DNA of 55,843 nucleotides, filler included, from Sphacelaria rigidula (Eukaryota), in NCBI GenBank assembly GCA_964200075.2. It is 3 parts of 3 records of this genome, joined end to end, with 100 filler letters (N's around TTAATTAATTAA, not from the genome) between each part and the next. Parts side by side here need not be neighbours in the genome. Positions count along the whole stretch, not along the records: positions 18,651 to 37,200 come from CAXNAA020000839.1; 2 more parts are not named here. One strand, 5' to 3'. Position numbers and translations under genes: made by a program. How positions within the stretch are numbered: the stretch's first letter is position 1; the number at the start of each line of letters is the position of its first letter. This document shows, piece after piece, positions 19,941 through 32,839 of the stretch. The notes below the pieces were generated by a model. The model did not search any database, was not told the DNA's origin, and saw nothing but the letters and a program-made list of their open reading frames with translations.

Positions 19941-22900
19941 TGCCCGTGTCGAGTGCCTCGAGTACCTTCGAGCAGTCCGGGGAAGTTTAGCACGGCATGA
20001 GAAAAAGTTGCTACTTTGCCCACAGGCTGTCGCTACAGTGCGCTCGAGTGCATACATGCGTGTGGGCGTGGCCGGCATCCGAGGTCATCGTGACACAGCG
20101 GGCGAGGAGCAGAAGTAAATATAACATGAGCGTCGCAATGACCACAAGACTGTTCGGCTCCTGTCGGTGTGTCTTTATCCTTTTCTTCAACAATAGCACA
20201 AAAACGAATAACAAAAAACACGACATTTGTTTGAAAATTGCCCTCCACGAAGAGGGTGGGGGGTTCGTGTCGAGAAATTTCCTCTCGGTAGACCGCACAC
20301 GGTAGGGGGGTAGGGGTGCACTTTTTTCGCTGAGGCTTTTTGCTGTAGGAGCCTCTCGATGACAAATATCTGGGGTTTAGTGTGCCGCGTCAGGTAGCTT
20401 ATGAGCTGTCCGACGTGTGCACTTTTTGGACTAAAATTCTTGTTTGGCCAAAATAAAACTACGGCCACCGGACAACGCGAACATGTCCTAGAACCGTCTC
20501 AACGACTAGAGCAAGTCGCTCCATGGTGTCAAACTCCGCCTACCTCTCATTTGGGGCGTAATACAAAGAAGGACCAGAAAAACATTTTCACAACAACACC
20601 GTTTTTTGTTTACTGTGAGGAGCGGCCGCATGAAGCAGCGGATATATTCGCAGCAACACGAGTCAGTGTGAACCACAAGACAAACGAAAAATCTACTCAA
20701 CGAGGGCAGCGGGGTGACCTGGTTCGCTGCTTCTCGGTGTCCCCAACTGGGTACTGTTGTGCATGCAGTACAAAAGTCCAGTCCAGCACATTTGTACCGC
20801 ATAGCCGGACCGTTGCTCAAGGTAAAAGTGCAAACCGTATTCCGTGCAGAACATATACCGCCTGTATATTGTCTTTCCCTTGCTCAAAACATAAATCAAA
20901 TGACCATCCATCCATCCATCCAATTAATTAATTAGTTATTACAACTATCCACCACAACAACCTAAAAATTTGGATGTCAATAACCGAAATGTTGGGGTCC
21001 TACGGGAAAATCCAATTTCGGGGAATTTCGGCGATCCGATTATCCCCCAGTACTTCGCCGAGTAAGTGAGCGTGGACCCATCAGCGGGTAGTATGTACCA
21101 GCATATCAGCGAAAGAAAATGGGTCGAGGAAATGAAGTTTTTAATAAGCAGCAGTGTGACAGCACATACATATAACACACTACGAGAGTCATGAGGCAAG
21201 AAGGGCACTCGTTTCACCGTTTCGCAGGGCCTTACGCGTGCAACGAAATTTCGGGGGGTTTCAGGCAGATAATACGCGCCGTTCTCGATGCACCGTCTAT
21301 CAATCGTCCCCAAAATTTGCACAGCATTGTCCAAGTGCATGGCAAAACACGTGGCGCCGCCGTTTGTTCAACTCGCATACTCGTAGACTTGTCGTATAGC
21401 AACTCCGATACATTGTACGTGAGGGGTATGCGACTGCCGACTGCTGCGCGTAGAGCACAAAAATGCCGCTGGAGGCAACGCTCTCGCCACTCGCCGGATG
21501 TATGGAGAATTTTCCACTTGCTTAACTACTTTCACACATTGTAGCAAAATTCTTGTGCATTCCTTGTCTTATTTCGTCCGCGGGCGCTGTGGCGGTAGCT
21601 CATGATGTGATGTGTACCTTCGCCCGGTCTGCAGTGCTTGTCGCATGCAGTTGTCATGTTCTAAAAGCCCCAATTCCGGGCACAGTGGGCCACAGATGAT
21701 GACGAATGTCTCAGCAAGTGCACTATTATATCTTTATACAGGGTACACCGTGGAACCTCGGTGGAACACAGACAAAGTGGAGAGGAGAGAGAGGAGGCCG
21801 AAAACGGTAAATTATACTTATTTTTCGTACGGTATAGTTTTGGGTGTGCAGCCAGGTGCAACACGACAACGATAACAATGCGCAGGTAGGTGATAGACTA
21901 CTATCGCGCCTACTTGCCCCAGAAAATGAGTTTCAACTCCGAAACAATGAGATCGTCAATAATAATACCTTCGAAACAAATGAGGCTGGACAACCAAAAT
22001 GAGGTTCAACCCCGCATAAAGAGGTTTTGCCTGACCATTTTTATGCGAACGAATCTTGATTTGTAGACATATTATAAGGATTTCAGTCCGTCTACAGGTA
22101 ATTCTCTCCCGTGGATTGATTTTTCGGATCCCAATCCGTTGGGCAATGTTTTGTGCCCATAATAAATAGCTGTGAGCAAACCAGATCAACTCTTCGATTT
22201 TCTGGGCGTCTATATCCATAAAATATCCGTTGTTGAACACCTGTCTGTGCACAAAAGATTTACACCTTCATTATTTCCTGTTTCTCACAGCACCAACAAC
22301 TACAACTGTATAGTCATCATTCGTGACAGAAGATAGTATATGTCTCTCTCGTGAGCGTGGAAGAAAAATATATCATATTTGATCAGTCCATATATACTTC
22401 ATACTACTACACCATCTACCGTTGTATCTAGCGCTGGAAGTCAAACCAGACACAACTATGAGTTTGAATCTCCCCTTATTCATGAAAAGCGCCACTTTAG
22501 CTGGATACTGGACGGTGTGCTAGTTCCCATCAAGGAAGCGGTGGTGGTGTTGCATGGTGTTTTTCAACTTGCGAGGTGATCTTTCCATCGCGGGTCTGAA
22601 ATACAACCTGTCTTCGGATCTAAACAAAGGAAAAAAATTGAAACTTTTGAGAGTTTGACTTTTTGCAGGCGGCGATTCTGGACAGCGGGGAGTCAAACTT
22701 TTCTCTTGCTGTTTGTATCCCCTAATCATCCTCTTTCGAACACACATTTGGTGAGGTAGACGCAGTCGCGAATAGTTGGACGCAGAGAGGAAGTCAGGGA
22801 CAAGCTAGGCCGGGTGGAAAGCTCAAATCATCCTACGGGAATCCCAGAGCGGGTCCACGCATCTTCTTGCTGGCCCGCGCGTGTGCTTGCTGGCGCTAGG

Positions 22901-25769
22901 ACTTGGAGATACTGTGGCCTCCACGACGACGGGGCGCGCCCGGCGGGCAGAACACGCCTAGTTGAATATAGATGATTCCAACGTTGACACTCCTGACGGC
23001 GTCAGCTGGGATAGCCTGGGTCCGAGGTGTGAAGGGTCTGGAGCCCGAGGCTGTACATCGAGTCGGAGCACTTGGCAGAGCACGCTATGGTAAGAGAAGA
23101 GGCAATTTTGTCATGTCCGCAGTGCGGGCGTGGTGTGGTGGGTTTCGCGGGACGGCAAGCTATATGTTCGGGTGTATATGCTTTTGCCATCCCCCCGTTT
23201 AGTTCTTTTGTCACTATTATATGCGCGAAACTGGGTTTGATCATCATGTGATATCTCGATGTCTCCCATTTTTTATCCTCTCCTGCCTCCTGATTATTTG
23301 TTCTTGGTCCCCGAACTCAACCATAGAACTGCTTTCGCGGGGTTCGGTACACGTCCGAGTAGTGCTGCACTGTGGCCTATAGTAGTGTGGCTTTGTTGTT
23401 CACATGGTTCTAGTCCCGTCGCTGCATTTGCGTACAGCGGATGATGTCGAGGACTTCGGCTTTCGGTCGCCCAATATTTAGCTTCTTCGTACGCCTTGTG
23501 CTCAGGATGTTATCGCCGATGTCATTGTGGAAGCATCTTCAGATACAATCCTCTTTCCTCATTCCAGGGTCGAAATATGCGCATATGCCAATGTTTTTCA
23601 TTCAAGACACGAAACCGTAACGACTGCCGGAAGGAATCACATATAAACAAGTACTACGCGAGCCGGTGTTATATGTGTTGCTCTCGTCGAGATAGGGGAG
23701 GGATGTTTGCAAAAACAATGCTGACCACCTTGTGGCACCAAGGTACGCGTCATTTTTATGTGTCTCAGGCAGTCTCAGGATCACCGATGGGCCCATGGGG
23801 AGTCTGTACACATACCGCCCGTGTCTGTCATCACGGACAGCACCTGTGGCTGGGACAGTTGAACACAATTTCAGTGTCGGAGTATTTCTTCTATTTGCGT
23901 CCTACACTGTACAATCCTGACTGACCATTGTGTGTACTACTGTACAAAGCAAGAATGTCCCCAACGCGAGGGCACCCGCACCCGCAGCCATCCGCGTGCT
24001 CGTGTCCATAGCTCTGTCCATTTTATGCGTACCTGTAGCCTGTAGATCATGGTGGATGGAACATCCAAACTACAGGTGAATACATGCACCGAGTCACGGC
24101 TGCTCGATCACATTGCGCATTGAACGAGTCGTAAAAGGAGCAGCGAGAATACTTGCCTGTACTTGAGCATGCCACTCGAATCAGGTGGAACTCTGAAAGT
24201 TTGCTCTAGTCCACAGGAAGACTTACACTCGAAAAGATCTTCCCTGTTAATGTGCTGTTGTTCGGGTGTAGGACGACTGATAGTCGGCTACGTGCCCTCC
24301 CGCGTCGTCGCCTGCTGGCTCTCCTAGGGGAAAAATATATGGTGCAGCCAGATATATGTACAGTAAAGGACATGGGTAGGGTCCCCATAGTATTACTAAA
24401 GCATGCATACCGTACTACTGCACCGTTATACCCCAGCACGTGTGCTTCCTTTGTGTACCGACTGAATGTCAAACACGCGAGACTTCGTTGTCATCCTGCG
24501 CCTTGCGTCGTAGCGTAGTGCATTTGCCCGTGCGGTGTCTATGCTTCACTCAGTATAGGTGCATTTTCGGTACTGTGTCAACCCTTCGACGGGCGTGCTT
24601 CACATGCTTATTATTCAAGTGAACACGAAAGATGACATCGATTCAGCACATGTCCTTCCCTGCGGGCCAAATGGTGAACAGCACATAGGATCATCCCCCC
24701 AAAGAAGCATTTTTATTTGCCCTGTTGACGAATCGCTCTCCCGACAATCTTACAACAGTCAGTCCTGACGTACGACATAAGTACTGTTGTTTGTACAGCG
24801 TCGCACTATTATACTGTACAGTACACCACTCGTACTCCACTGAATTTACTGCACTAAACGAGCGTGGTGTTGCACGTCTGCACCGTGTTGGGCCGCTTCT
24901 GATGGTCCGAAAAAAAATTGAAAAAAATATATAGGCAACGACTTTTTCCCGACAACTTTTCACGACGAAAACAGTTTTTAAAATCGTTTTTTATCAGAGG
25001 TATCTCAAACACGAGATTCCCCTTATATTTCATAATAATTGTCAGTGAAATGAATATGTCGGACACTACATGAGTGAGGTACTTCTCTATTACGCCACTT
25101 CATCTGGCCAACGAAGAAATATATATGGGAAACTGCTCTTTGGGGATTTCTGCGTCATTTTACGCTCTACAAGAGTGTTACGCGAATGTTGACACGTTGA
25201 ATTGCATTTCTCAACTCGTTGAAACGGTTTAGAACACACTTTACGGTGGCCGCAGTTTGGTTGTATTTTGCCAAACTTCGCATTTTTCTTGGAGACCGCT
25301 CATTTTTCTCGGAGACCACTTGAAACAAGTCCACAAAAACTTCTCCCCTCGCTGTACTCGTTTTGACGGGTACAGGACACCTCTGCTTTTTCGGGTGACC
25401 GCAGTTTTTGTTTTGTCTCAACTGCGTTTTTCTCAGAGACCCCTCATTTTTCTTCACGACTGGTCAAGTTAAAAAAAAAAACTTCCCCCCGAGAAAAATG
25501 CACGTTCTGGCCCAAAAAAATACTGCGGAACCGTGACAACAAGTGCAGCAAGGCATTTCAAGGTGTCAAGATCTGCCTAGTTCTCTTTTACGTTCGTCAT
25601 ATAATGTGGCCCTAGCTTCAGGGCGTTTCTTGTGCAGCCGGGTTTTTGCTTCCCAAAATGATCGCCTCGTACAATCCAGCCCTGTCCGTTGTTTCTTGTG
25701 CTGGTCGTTTTCCGACATTTGGGGGAAGGGTTCCGCGGTTCGGACGAATCATCGCCGGTTTGAATCACC

Positions 25770-25910
25770 TAATCAATCATTTCTCAGGTCTTCTTGCCCG
25801 AAAAAGAAATAAAGGTTGACCGCTGGTCAAAGAGGTCTCCACCCAATTTATGCGCCATACCACGTGCCTGGGCTGTGCGTACCTGGGTTGCAACGCTGAC
25901 AACAAAGCCC
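25770..25910 (+). repeat. Dispersed repeat; other copies at 37044-37200 (minus) and 55706-55843 (plus)
   Basis: Shared ...gttga(c/t)cgctg...cacgtg(c/t)ctggg...gtacctgggttgcaacgctga. Confidence 0.8.
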
Positions 25911-28003
25911 AAAAATTAATTCGTACGGTACCAATCAAATACACCAAAGCCAAGCGACTTTCAGACGAATCATCAATTCGTCCGACCCTTTGAGGGTTTC
26001 ACGTAGTGTTCAAGGCGTCTGCTGAGAGCTGAGAGGGACAGGTCTTTTGAAAACGCGTATGCATGCAGTAGTACGCTCAGTACAAACAATTGCTCGGTCG
26101 AAGCAGAGCAGTAGTGCCGTAGTAGCAGTATCATAGTAGCAGACCAGCGCAGTGCAGCAATAGTGCAACTGACCATACCTCAGCATCGTGCAGCATGCAG
26201 CGTGTTGCAACACCAGCAGGAATACCTCACAGCACACCTACTACAGTATTTGAACCCGGTCAAATATAAGGGGTGCCTGCAAAATCGAAACTTTGTGCAC
26301 GCTTGAGACACCCCTAAATCCTTTCCTCAATGTGCTGCCTCGCGCCCTCGCGCGAACTTTGCAAGGCGTACAATACGATCCTTCCTGAAGTTGATACTCT
26401 CTGCGGTCCGACCTTCCCATGAGACTCGATCGAGCTCTGCCCCGCGATGCGTAACAAAGAGAGGGCTGTTCGAACGCTCACGCGGTTCCTTGCGCAAAAA
26501 GCGCAACGGCGTTAAGTGACTCGCGTATGTCTTATAAGGTCGTTTCAGTTTAGAAATCCCGCGGGGCCTATGAGAGAGCAAGGTGTGAAGCTCTGATAAT
26601 GGGCGAGCACCACCGACCTTGCCAACGCTCAAGGGGGCGTCTCCGGGGCATTTTCTGTGAGAGATGCGGTGCGATCATACTCCACCATATTTCAATTTCA
26701 AAAATCTACGAGGCCGGTGCTCCGGAAATCCTCATATTCCCGGCAGAAGGCCCATGGAAAAACTGTCGGAAATTGAGAAGATCTGCATTAGAAATGGTTG
26801 TTCGAAACCGAAAAAGGGTCATTTTTGACGGCAAGAATAAAGGTGAGGTGAAAAAAAGCCTCGATCATTACTCGGAAAAAATGTTGATCGATGCTGAGTT
26901 TTACACCAAGATAGGGGCACCCGTCCGCATGACACTTGTCATCATTAATTTGGGTAACAAAGCAACGGCCGCTGCTTTGCCCGTGGTCACAGTTGCGTAC
27001 TGTCTGTATTCCCCCAACCGGTGTTTGCATGTGCTGTGCAAATCTCTGTCCTCGCTACTGTTGTGCGTGTGGTGTACGTTACGCTGCTGGCTTTGGCGTA
27101 TCAATGCATTCATTGCACACCTATCTGGTGCAGCTGTGCGTGCCGTGTGTTTTTGTGTACCGTTGCACAGCGGAGCTGATCTCCTTGTGCGCACCGTTTG
27201 TACAGCTGGTTGCACCGTGCTTGATGGAAGGCGCTTTTGGTAAACCCCTTTCCCGACGAACTTGATGTCTCCGAAAACAAGTCCCACACATGTCAACGAA
27301 ACGGGCGAAAAGTGCACCTCTCTGGGCACAACTCCCCATCTTGGACAACTTTTCCCCAATGCAAATATCATTCGAACGACCCGCCCGCATTTTGTCCGTG
27401 AAAGAGTATTTTTAAGATATTGAAACATGAAAAGCGGCCCCAAGCGCGTTCGTTGGCCTAGCGGACCTACTTCTTCATTTCGTCGTCGTACCGCAAAGGT
27501 CCGATTTGGGGTTTGTCTTCCCGAGACGGAAAGTTCTATTGGGGGTCGATATCAGGGCCCACTACAGTATTCTTTGAAAAAAGTTATGTTGGAGAAGTTG
27601 TGAAATTTCGAAGAAGCCCAAACGGCCCATTATTTTCGAGTTCTGCCGATGCTGTTGGATATCAAATCGCAAACACGGTGCTGATCTCGCCATTGGCTCG
27701 CCTTCGCCAGTAGAATGAACAACAGGATGATGCTGCTTGCACGTGTACGGCGTTCAAAACTGCGGCAAACATATTTCTCGTAATCGAAATGTTGAGCGGG
27801 GGGAGGGGGGAGGCGGGGAGGCGGGGGGCAATCGGAAAGGCGAGGGCGCGATCGACCCGTTCCCCCGGAATGCAACAGCAGAATATGTCGTATATAAATA
27901 AAACACTGTTGTACCGATTGTTGAAATGCCCGAGATGGATAAAAGGGCTGTTCGACGCGTGACTTTCATCATATTCTACGTTCTTGGCCACAATCACACG
28001 GTC

Positions 28004-28284
28004 TGTTACCCCCAGCAACTACGTGTGTTGTAATGTTGTAATCTGCCGCTGTATCTGCGTCATGACCTGTGTATGTTGTGTCGTGAAAATCCCTCCGGTC
28101 TTTCGCCCTGTTGGATATTCGCTGCTACCGGGGTCATCAGTGGCATTATTAAGTCCTTGTCGAACGAAGTTTGGCGTATGCTTGGTTTATGTCGGTTGTA
28201 CGCCCAGATACATCCACCACACCATCAGCTGTAGAAGTCACAGACGGTGCGGTAGCGTAACTCGTGGCAGCACAACGGGTAAGT
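28004..28284. mobile_element. Possible solo LTR
   Basis: Starts TGTTACCC and ends GGGTAAGT (degenerate inverted end). Flanks are cggtc / aggtc. Confidence 0.35.
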
Positions 28285-28840
28285 AGGTCGCTACGGGATC
28301 GTTTCTACTCTTTAATTTGAAAGTGATCATGTCCGCAAACGGTTCCTGATGACTCCCGAACGCTTGCGAGCGTCACGGCGTACTCACGACCGCAACTCTC
28401 GAAATTGCTGCGTTGCAGTCGATATCGTTCGGACTTATCTGAAATGAAGCTTCGGAAAAAAAAAAACTGTTTTATTCTCGCAGAAGTCTGAACGTGAAGT
28501 CAAAAAAGTCAGAAAAATGTGGACATCTCCGGAAAAATAGTGTGTAGATAATAATGGGCCTTCCCCCCGATGGGCTTCCCCCCCGATTTTTTCGATGTGA
28601 ATAATGTGACGGATTGAAAACGTTCCACTCCTTGACTGAAAACGTCTAACGACGTACAGTATTACGTTGGGCTGTTTCTAGCCTTTTTTGTCTTGATATT
28701 TTACGGCGGAAAAAATCCCGAATAAAACGAAAAGGTGTGAATTTTTCCCGTTAGTGAGGATCCTTACAGGCTGACCGAAAGAGCAGGAATTTTCCGGGCA
28801 GCCATTTTTCATGCCGTTTTTGTCCCTCATGCGGCGAACC

Positions 28841-28961
28841 CCCTCCAGGTCCTCAAACCTACAGGATTGGCCAGGCTTGAAATGGAACTGTATGTTTGTA
28901 TGTTTCCCTCCAGGTCCTCAAACCTACAGGATTGGCCAGGCTTGAAATGGAACTGTATGTT
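28841..28961. repeat. Perfect 56-bp direct duplication with 9-bp spacer
   Basis: 28841-28896 is identical to 28906-28961. Confidence 0.95.
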
Positions 28962-29129
28962 GCAGGCATTGTAGTAGCTCAGTTTTGAGAGTTGTGCTCC
29001 AAAATTTGGTGTGAAGAATCTCAAGGACACTACAGAAAGGTTTCGGCTACGTACGGCATTGAGATGATTGTATTCCGTTCATGAGTTGGAGACGTTTCAT
29101 GCCTAGAAAGGTAACCGCAATTGCAGTTT

Positions 29130-29512
29130 CAAAGGTGTGTTGGGTAGGGTAAATACCCGGGTATTTTGTAGCCACTCTCTCGAATCTTGTATACTACGAT
29201 TGTGGTATCTACAACCTCTACCCAAATATCTGGTGAAGTTGGGCACGATCGCAGTACTCTACCCGAGTTCTGGATATTTTTTGGTGTACTATAGTAGTAG
29301 TAGCAGGAGGAGGATTATCATTTTTATTATTTGTTCACATTTGTGTGGTCTCTCGGACCCGTGGTCACAGACGTAGGCTCGTCTTTCCAATACTGACCCT
29401 GCTGTTCCATACGAGAGATGGCTCTCGACGCTTCTTCTGAGGCTCGAAAGTTTACAACATGGTTTCTCGAATAACCCAAATTTAGGAAGTATCCTGCCCA
29501 GCACGTCTTTGG
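29130..29512. mobile_element. MITE with CAA(A/G)GGTGTGTTGGGTAGGGTA ends; related left ends at about 30516 and 55486
   Basis: caaaggtgtgttgggtagggta / tatcctgcccagcacgtctttg inverted ends. It lies inside a second inverted pair (about 28975-29012 / 29622-29660). Confidence 0.6.
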
Positions 29513-30784
29513 TTTTTTTTTGTAACAGACATTTTTTGTGAATAAATCGTCCCTAATTTATGCACAAAATATAAAATAATCTCATGGTCGACACCTTTTA
29601 TATTCTGCCCTCGCTATTCTCCATACCAAAATTTGAAGCTCAACTTTTAAAACTGAGCTGCTAAATCCAGATTTGGTACCTACCCTCGTAATATCTTCTG
29701 CTTGATGTAACTATTTTGTACCCGTATCTCTCGACAGATATGATTTAGGTCGAGGTGAGGGTATCGATCGTTTCCCCGTGCCCCAAAAATCAACGCCATC
29801 CACTGAATATTCTCGGGGTTTTTTGAAGACTTCAGTATCGAAATATCGTCGTATGCCAGAGGACATACTCGATACGGTTTTCCATCAACGACAAAGATTT
29901 TGAAGGGCAGGTACGACTCCTAGCACTGTACCCTGGTTGGAGTACCTCAAGTACGTTTTTCAAAATACCCTGCAATCGAGTATACTCTACTCGACCTGCC
30001 CTTGAAGCTTTTCATCAGGCTGTCGAGGAGATGAGTATCTGCACTTCGATTGGACGATTCACAACATGTGCGGATCACGGCCCAAGTCGTCTGCAATAAT
30101 GAAATATGCCTGTGACGGATAATTTGAATCCGTTTTCAGGCTGGCCCAGCCCGTGTTGCACCTGTTGGGTTCGAAATGGTTTCTTCTCAAAAGGCAAGAC
30201 GCCCGTTTACGTGAACACGTGGACGTTGAGCACCTGTCCAGAATGAGTTCTGAAGAACCCCTGACCGTTTTGTAAACCCCAAGCCAAATGCGTTGCTTCG
30301 CTGAGCCGTTTCCGTGAGGTATGCTTTCACGCGTTTCGTTGCAAGTGGTGGACGGTGGTGGTCACTGCGGTCCCCCTGCGATATGTGCAAACAACGTACC
30401 AGATCCTGGAAGATATATTTTCAGTAGTAGCAATAGCTGTTGTACACTGTAATTTTTTTTTGTCTATTGCAAATATTGATCACGTGTTGTCCATGGTGTG
30501 CAACGTACATGATACCAAGGGTGTGTTGGGTAGGGTATATCCTACACTTGGGTATTTTAAATGACCGTACTTGAAGTACCCAAAACTCGGGTTGATGATT
30601 GAGAGCGTACACAATACCAAGATATTGGGTAGAGTATTAAGATCGTACCTGATCCTACCCAACATTTGCGTGGAGGTTGGAGATCGGACCATCGCAATAC
30701 AAAATTCGAGATGGTGAATACCCGTGTATTTACACTACCTAACGTCTGTGACCACGGGTTCGCGAGATCGGACTAATGTGCGGA

Positions 30785-31158
30785 AATAATAATAATAATA
30801 ATAATACGCCTTGCATACTACTGTACTATTCTCTTCCAATATGCACCACCCGATACGCCTTTTTTTTTCCCCCATCACACTTTGCACCTCTCGCCTTCCT
30901 CTGGATGAGTCCGTGGTCTCAAGGGATAAACCCATCTCTCCCCCCGTACGTGCCTTTCATGTTGGTCTCGCGGATTGGGTCAGCACTCCCGCACCGCGTC
31001 AACTCACGTCACACGAACCCAGTCGACTACTTTGTTTACTCACGTTCTCACCCTTTCCACGATGGAACTCGGACATCACGAAGAAAAACCCAACGCATCG
31101 GGAATCGAACCCCCGTTCTCCTCACCCTAATGGCGACAGTCGGACCATTACACCTTAC
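30785..31158 (-). mobile_element. tRNA-derived SINE family B
   Basis: Minus-strand A box GGTGTAATGGT (31144-31154), B box GGTTCGATTCC (31101-31111) and an (ATT)n tail. A body fragment recurs at about 55600-55670. Confidence 0.7.
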
Positions 31159-32577
31159 AATATGCTAGCGCAGCCTTGCACTTTCTCGAGCATTGTTAAT
31201 TTTCCAAGGATGGCAAATAATGCCAAATGCTCTTACTTGTTACTGTTGTCTCCAGTGTTGCTGGTGGTAGTGCTGCTGCTGCTGCTGCGGTACCGTATCA
31301 TACATCCAAATAAATTTGTCAGCGGCTGAAGATGACGGTACAAAACAATCGGCGTGCCATCGCTCTCCACTGCACACCGTCTACTGCAAGCTGTTTCTAG
31401 ACCAATTCATTGATTGCCGCACATGATCCAGCTGTGGTCATGAATAGATGTGCCCAAGATACACGAATATTTGCTTTTTCTTACACAACAGGACTACAAA
31501 GTGTAACTACCTTGACAGCCCAAACGGGGTCACGGCGGGGTGCAAAGGCTACACAGTAAAAAAGGCCTCATTTGCATGTGTTCATCCATGGTTGAGTGGT
31601 CGTTACCGAAATGGTCATATACGGGTACACCGCGAAGTATATTAGTAATCCTTTACTGCTGGGTATCCTGTAGGGGAACATGGTGACTAAATTGACCAAT
31701 AAGTACATCACAACAGCCACTCCCTTCGGTTTATGCTTCCATCCTGGCTTGGAATATTCCAGTGGAAAGTTCACAAGAAAGCATGATTGATTTTTGCCTG
31801 GTGACGCACGGCACCGCCGCTGAGTGAAGATAAAAAAATGAATCTGTCAGGATTCGAACTCGTGACCTCCATCACTAGAGTCTCCTGTATCAGGGCGCTC
31901 ACGATGGCTCAAAAGTCGAGGAAACTGACAACCGTAGTGCGCGCGCAACTCCGAACAACCAAAAACGATCGACCTCGGGCTTGTCTTCGGGAACACGTGT
32001 GTGAAATTGTGTCTTCTAATTTTCACTCGATAGTGCGCTCCAACTGTCGGCGGTGTAGCCTTGGTCCTGACAAGTACCTCATCCAACTTTGTCACACGTC
32101 AAACACCCCATGAGCTACCTACAATAACTGATCAAAGAGGACTCTCGGCCCCCATCCGCAACATGAAAACCCGGATGGGGGAAATACCGGAGGAACGGCG
32201 CAGTCTGTCGACTGAACATCCATGACGGAGCTGTCAATCGTTCGTGGTCGATAGACGCAGAGACAACGAAGGAGTACAAAACAAGAAGAAAAAACGAAAA
32301 CATACACTCGTATAAAAGAAGAGACAAGAGAAAATAGCCACATCTGAGAAGGAGAAAAAAGAAGCGGCAATGAACAATCGACCATGATGTCATGGGCAGA
32401 CAAAACCCAAGGGGGATGACAAGAAACGAAGTAGTAAGAATCATGAAAAGAGGAATCTCAAAGTCGAGGTCCCCAGTATATTCGACATCGACCCTTCTGG
32501 GTCTGGGATGGACTACCGGGGTTGAGGGCCCCCACTGTGAATCGGCATCATTTTAACCTGAAAACGACTGAACTTAA

Positions 32578-32839
32578 CCCTTGGACCGCGAGGTTAGTCT
32601 TCTGTTGAATCGGCATCAATTTCGAGTGAAAAAAAGTATGCATGATCCAGAAAGACTGATCTCGCGGTCTAAGGGTTAACCCTTTTGGGACCGGACTCCC
32701 GGGAGCATGTGGGTTGCACGAAGGGGGCCTTTCGTGAATCGGCATCATTTTCAGTCGTTTCCCCCTAAAAGTGATACCGATTAACGGAAACGCCCCTGCG
32801 TGCAAACCACATATTTCTGGGAGTCCGGTCCCAAAAGGG
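32578..32839. mobile_element. Two abutting piggyBac-type MITEs (32578-32675 and 32680-32839) sharing a TTAA
   Basis: TTAA at 32574, 32676 and 32840. TIRs are CCCTT(G/A)GACCGCGAG (14/15) and a perfect 21-bp CCCTTTTGGGACCGGACTCCC. Confidence 0.9.

Noticed and set aside
26599-27443. 214-aa and 180-aa ORFs as genes
   Set aside because: They cross apparent repeat boundaries, have Cys/Arg-rich random composition, and show no motifs or splice support.
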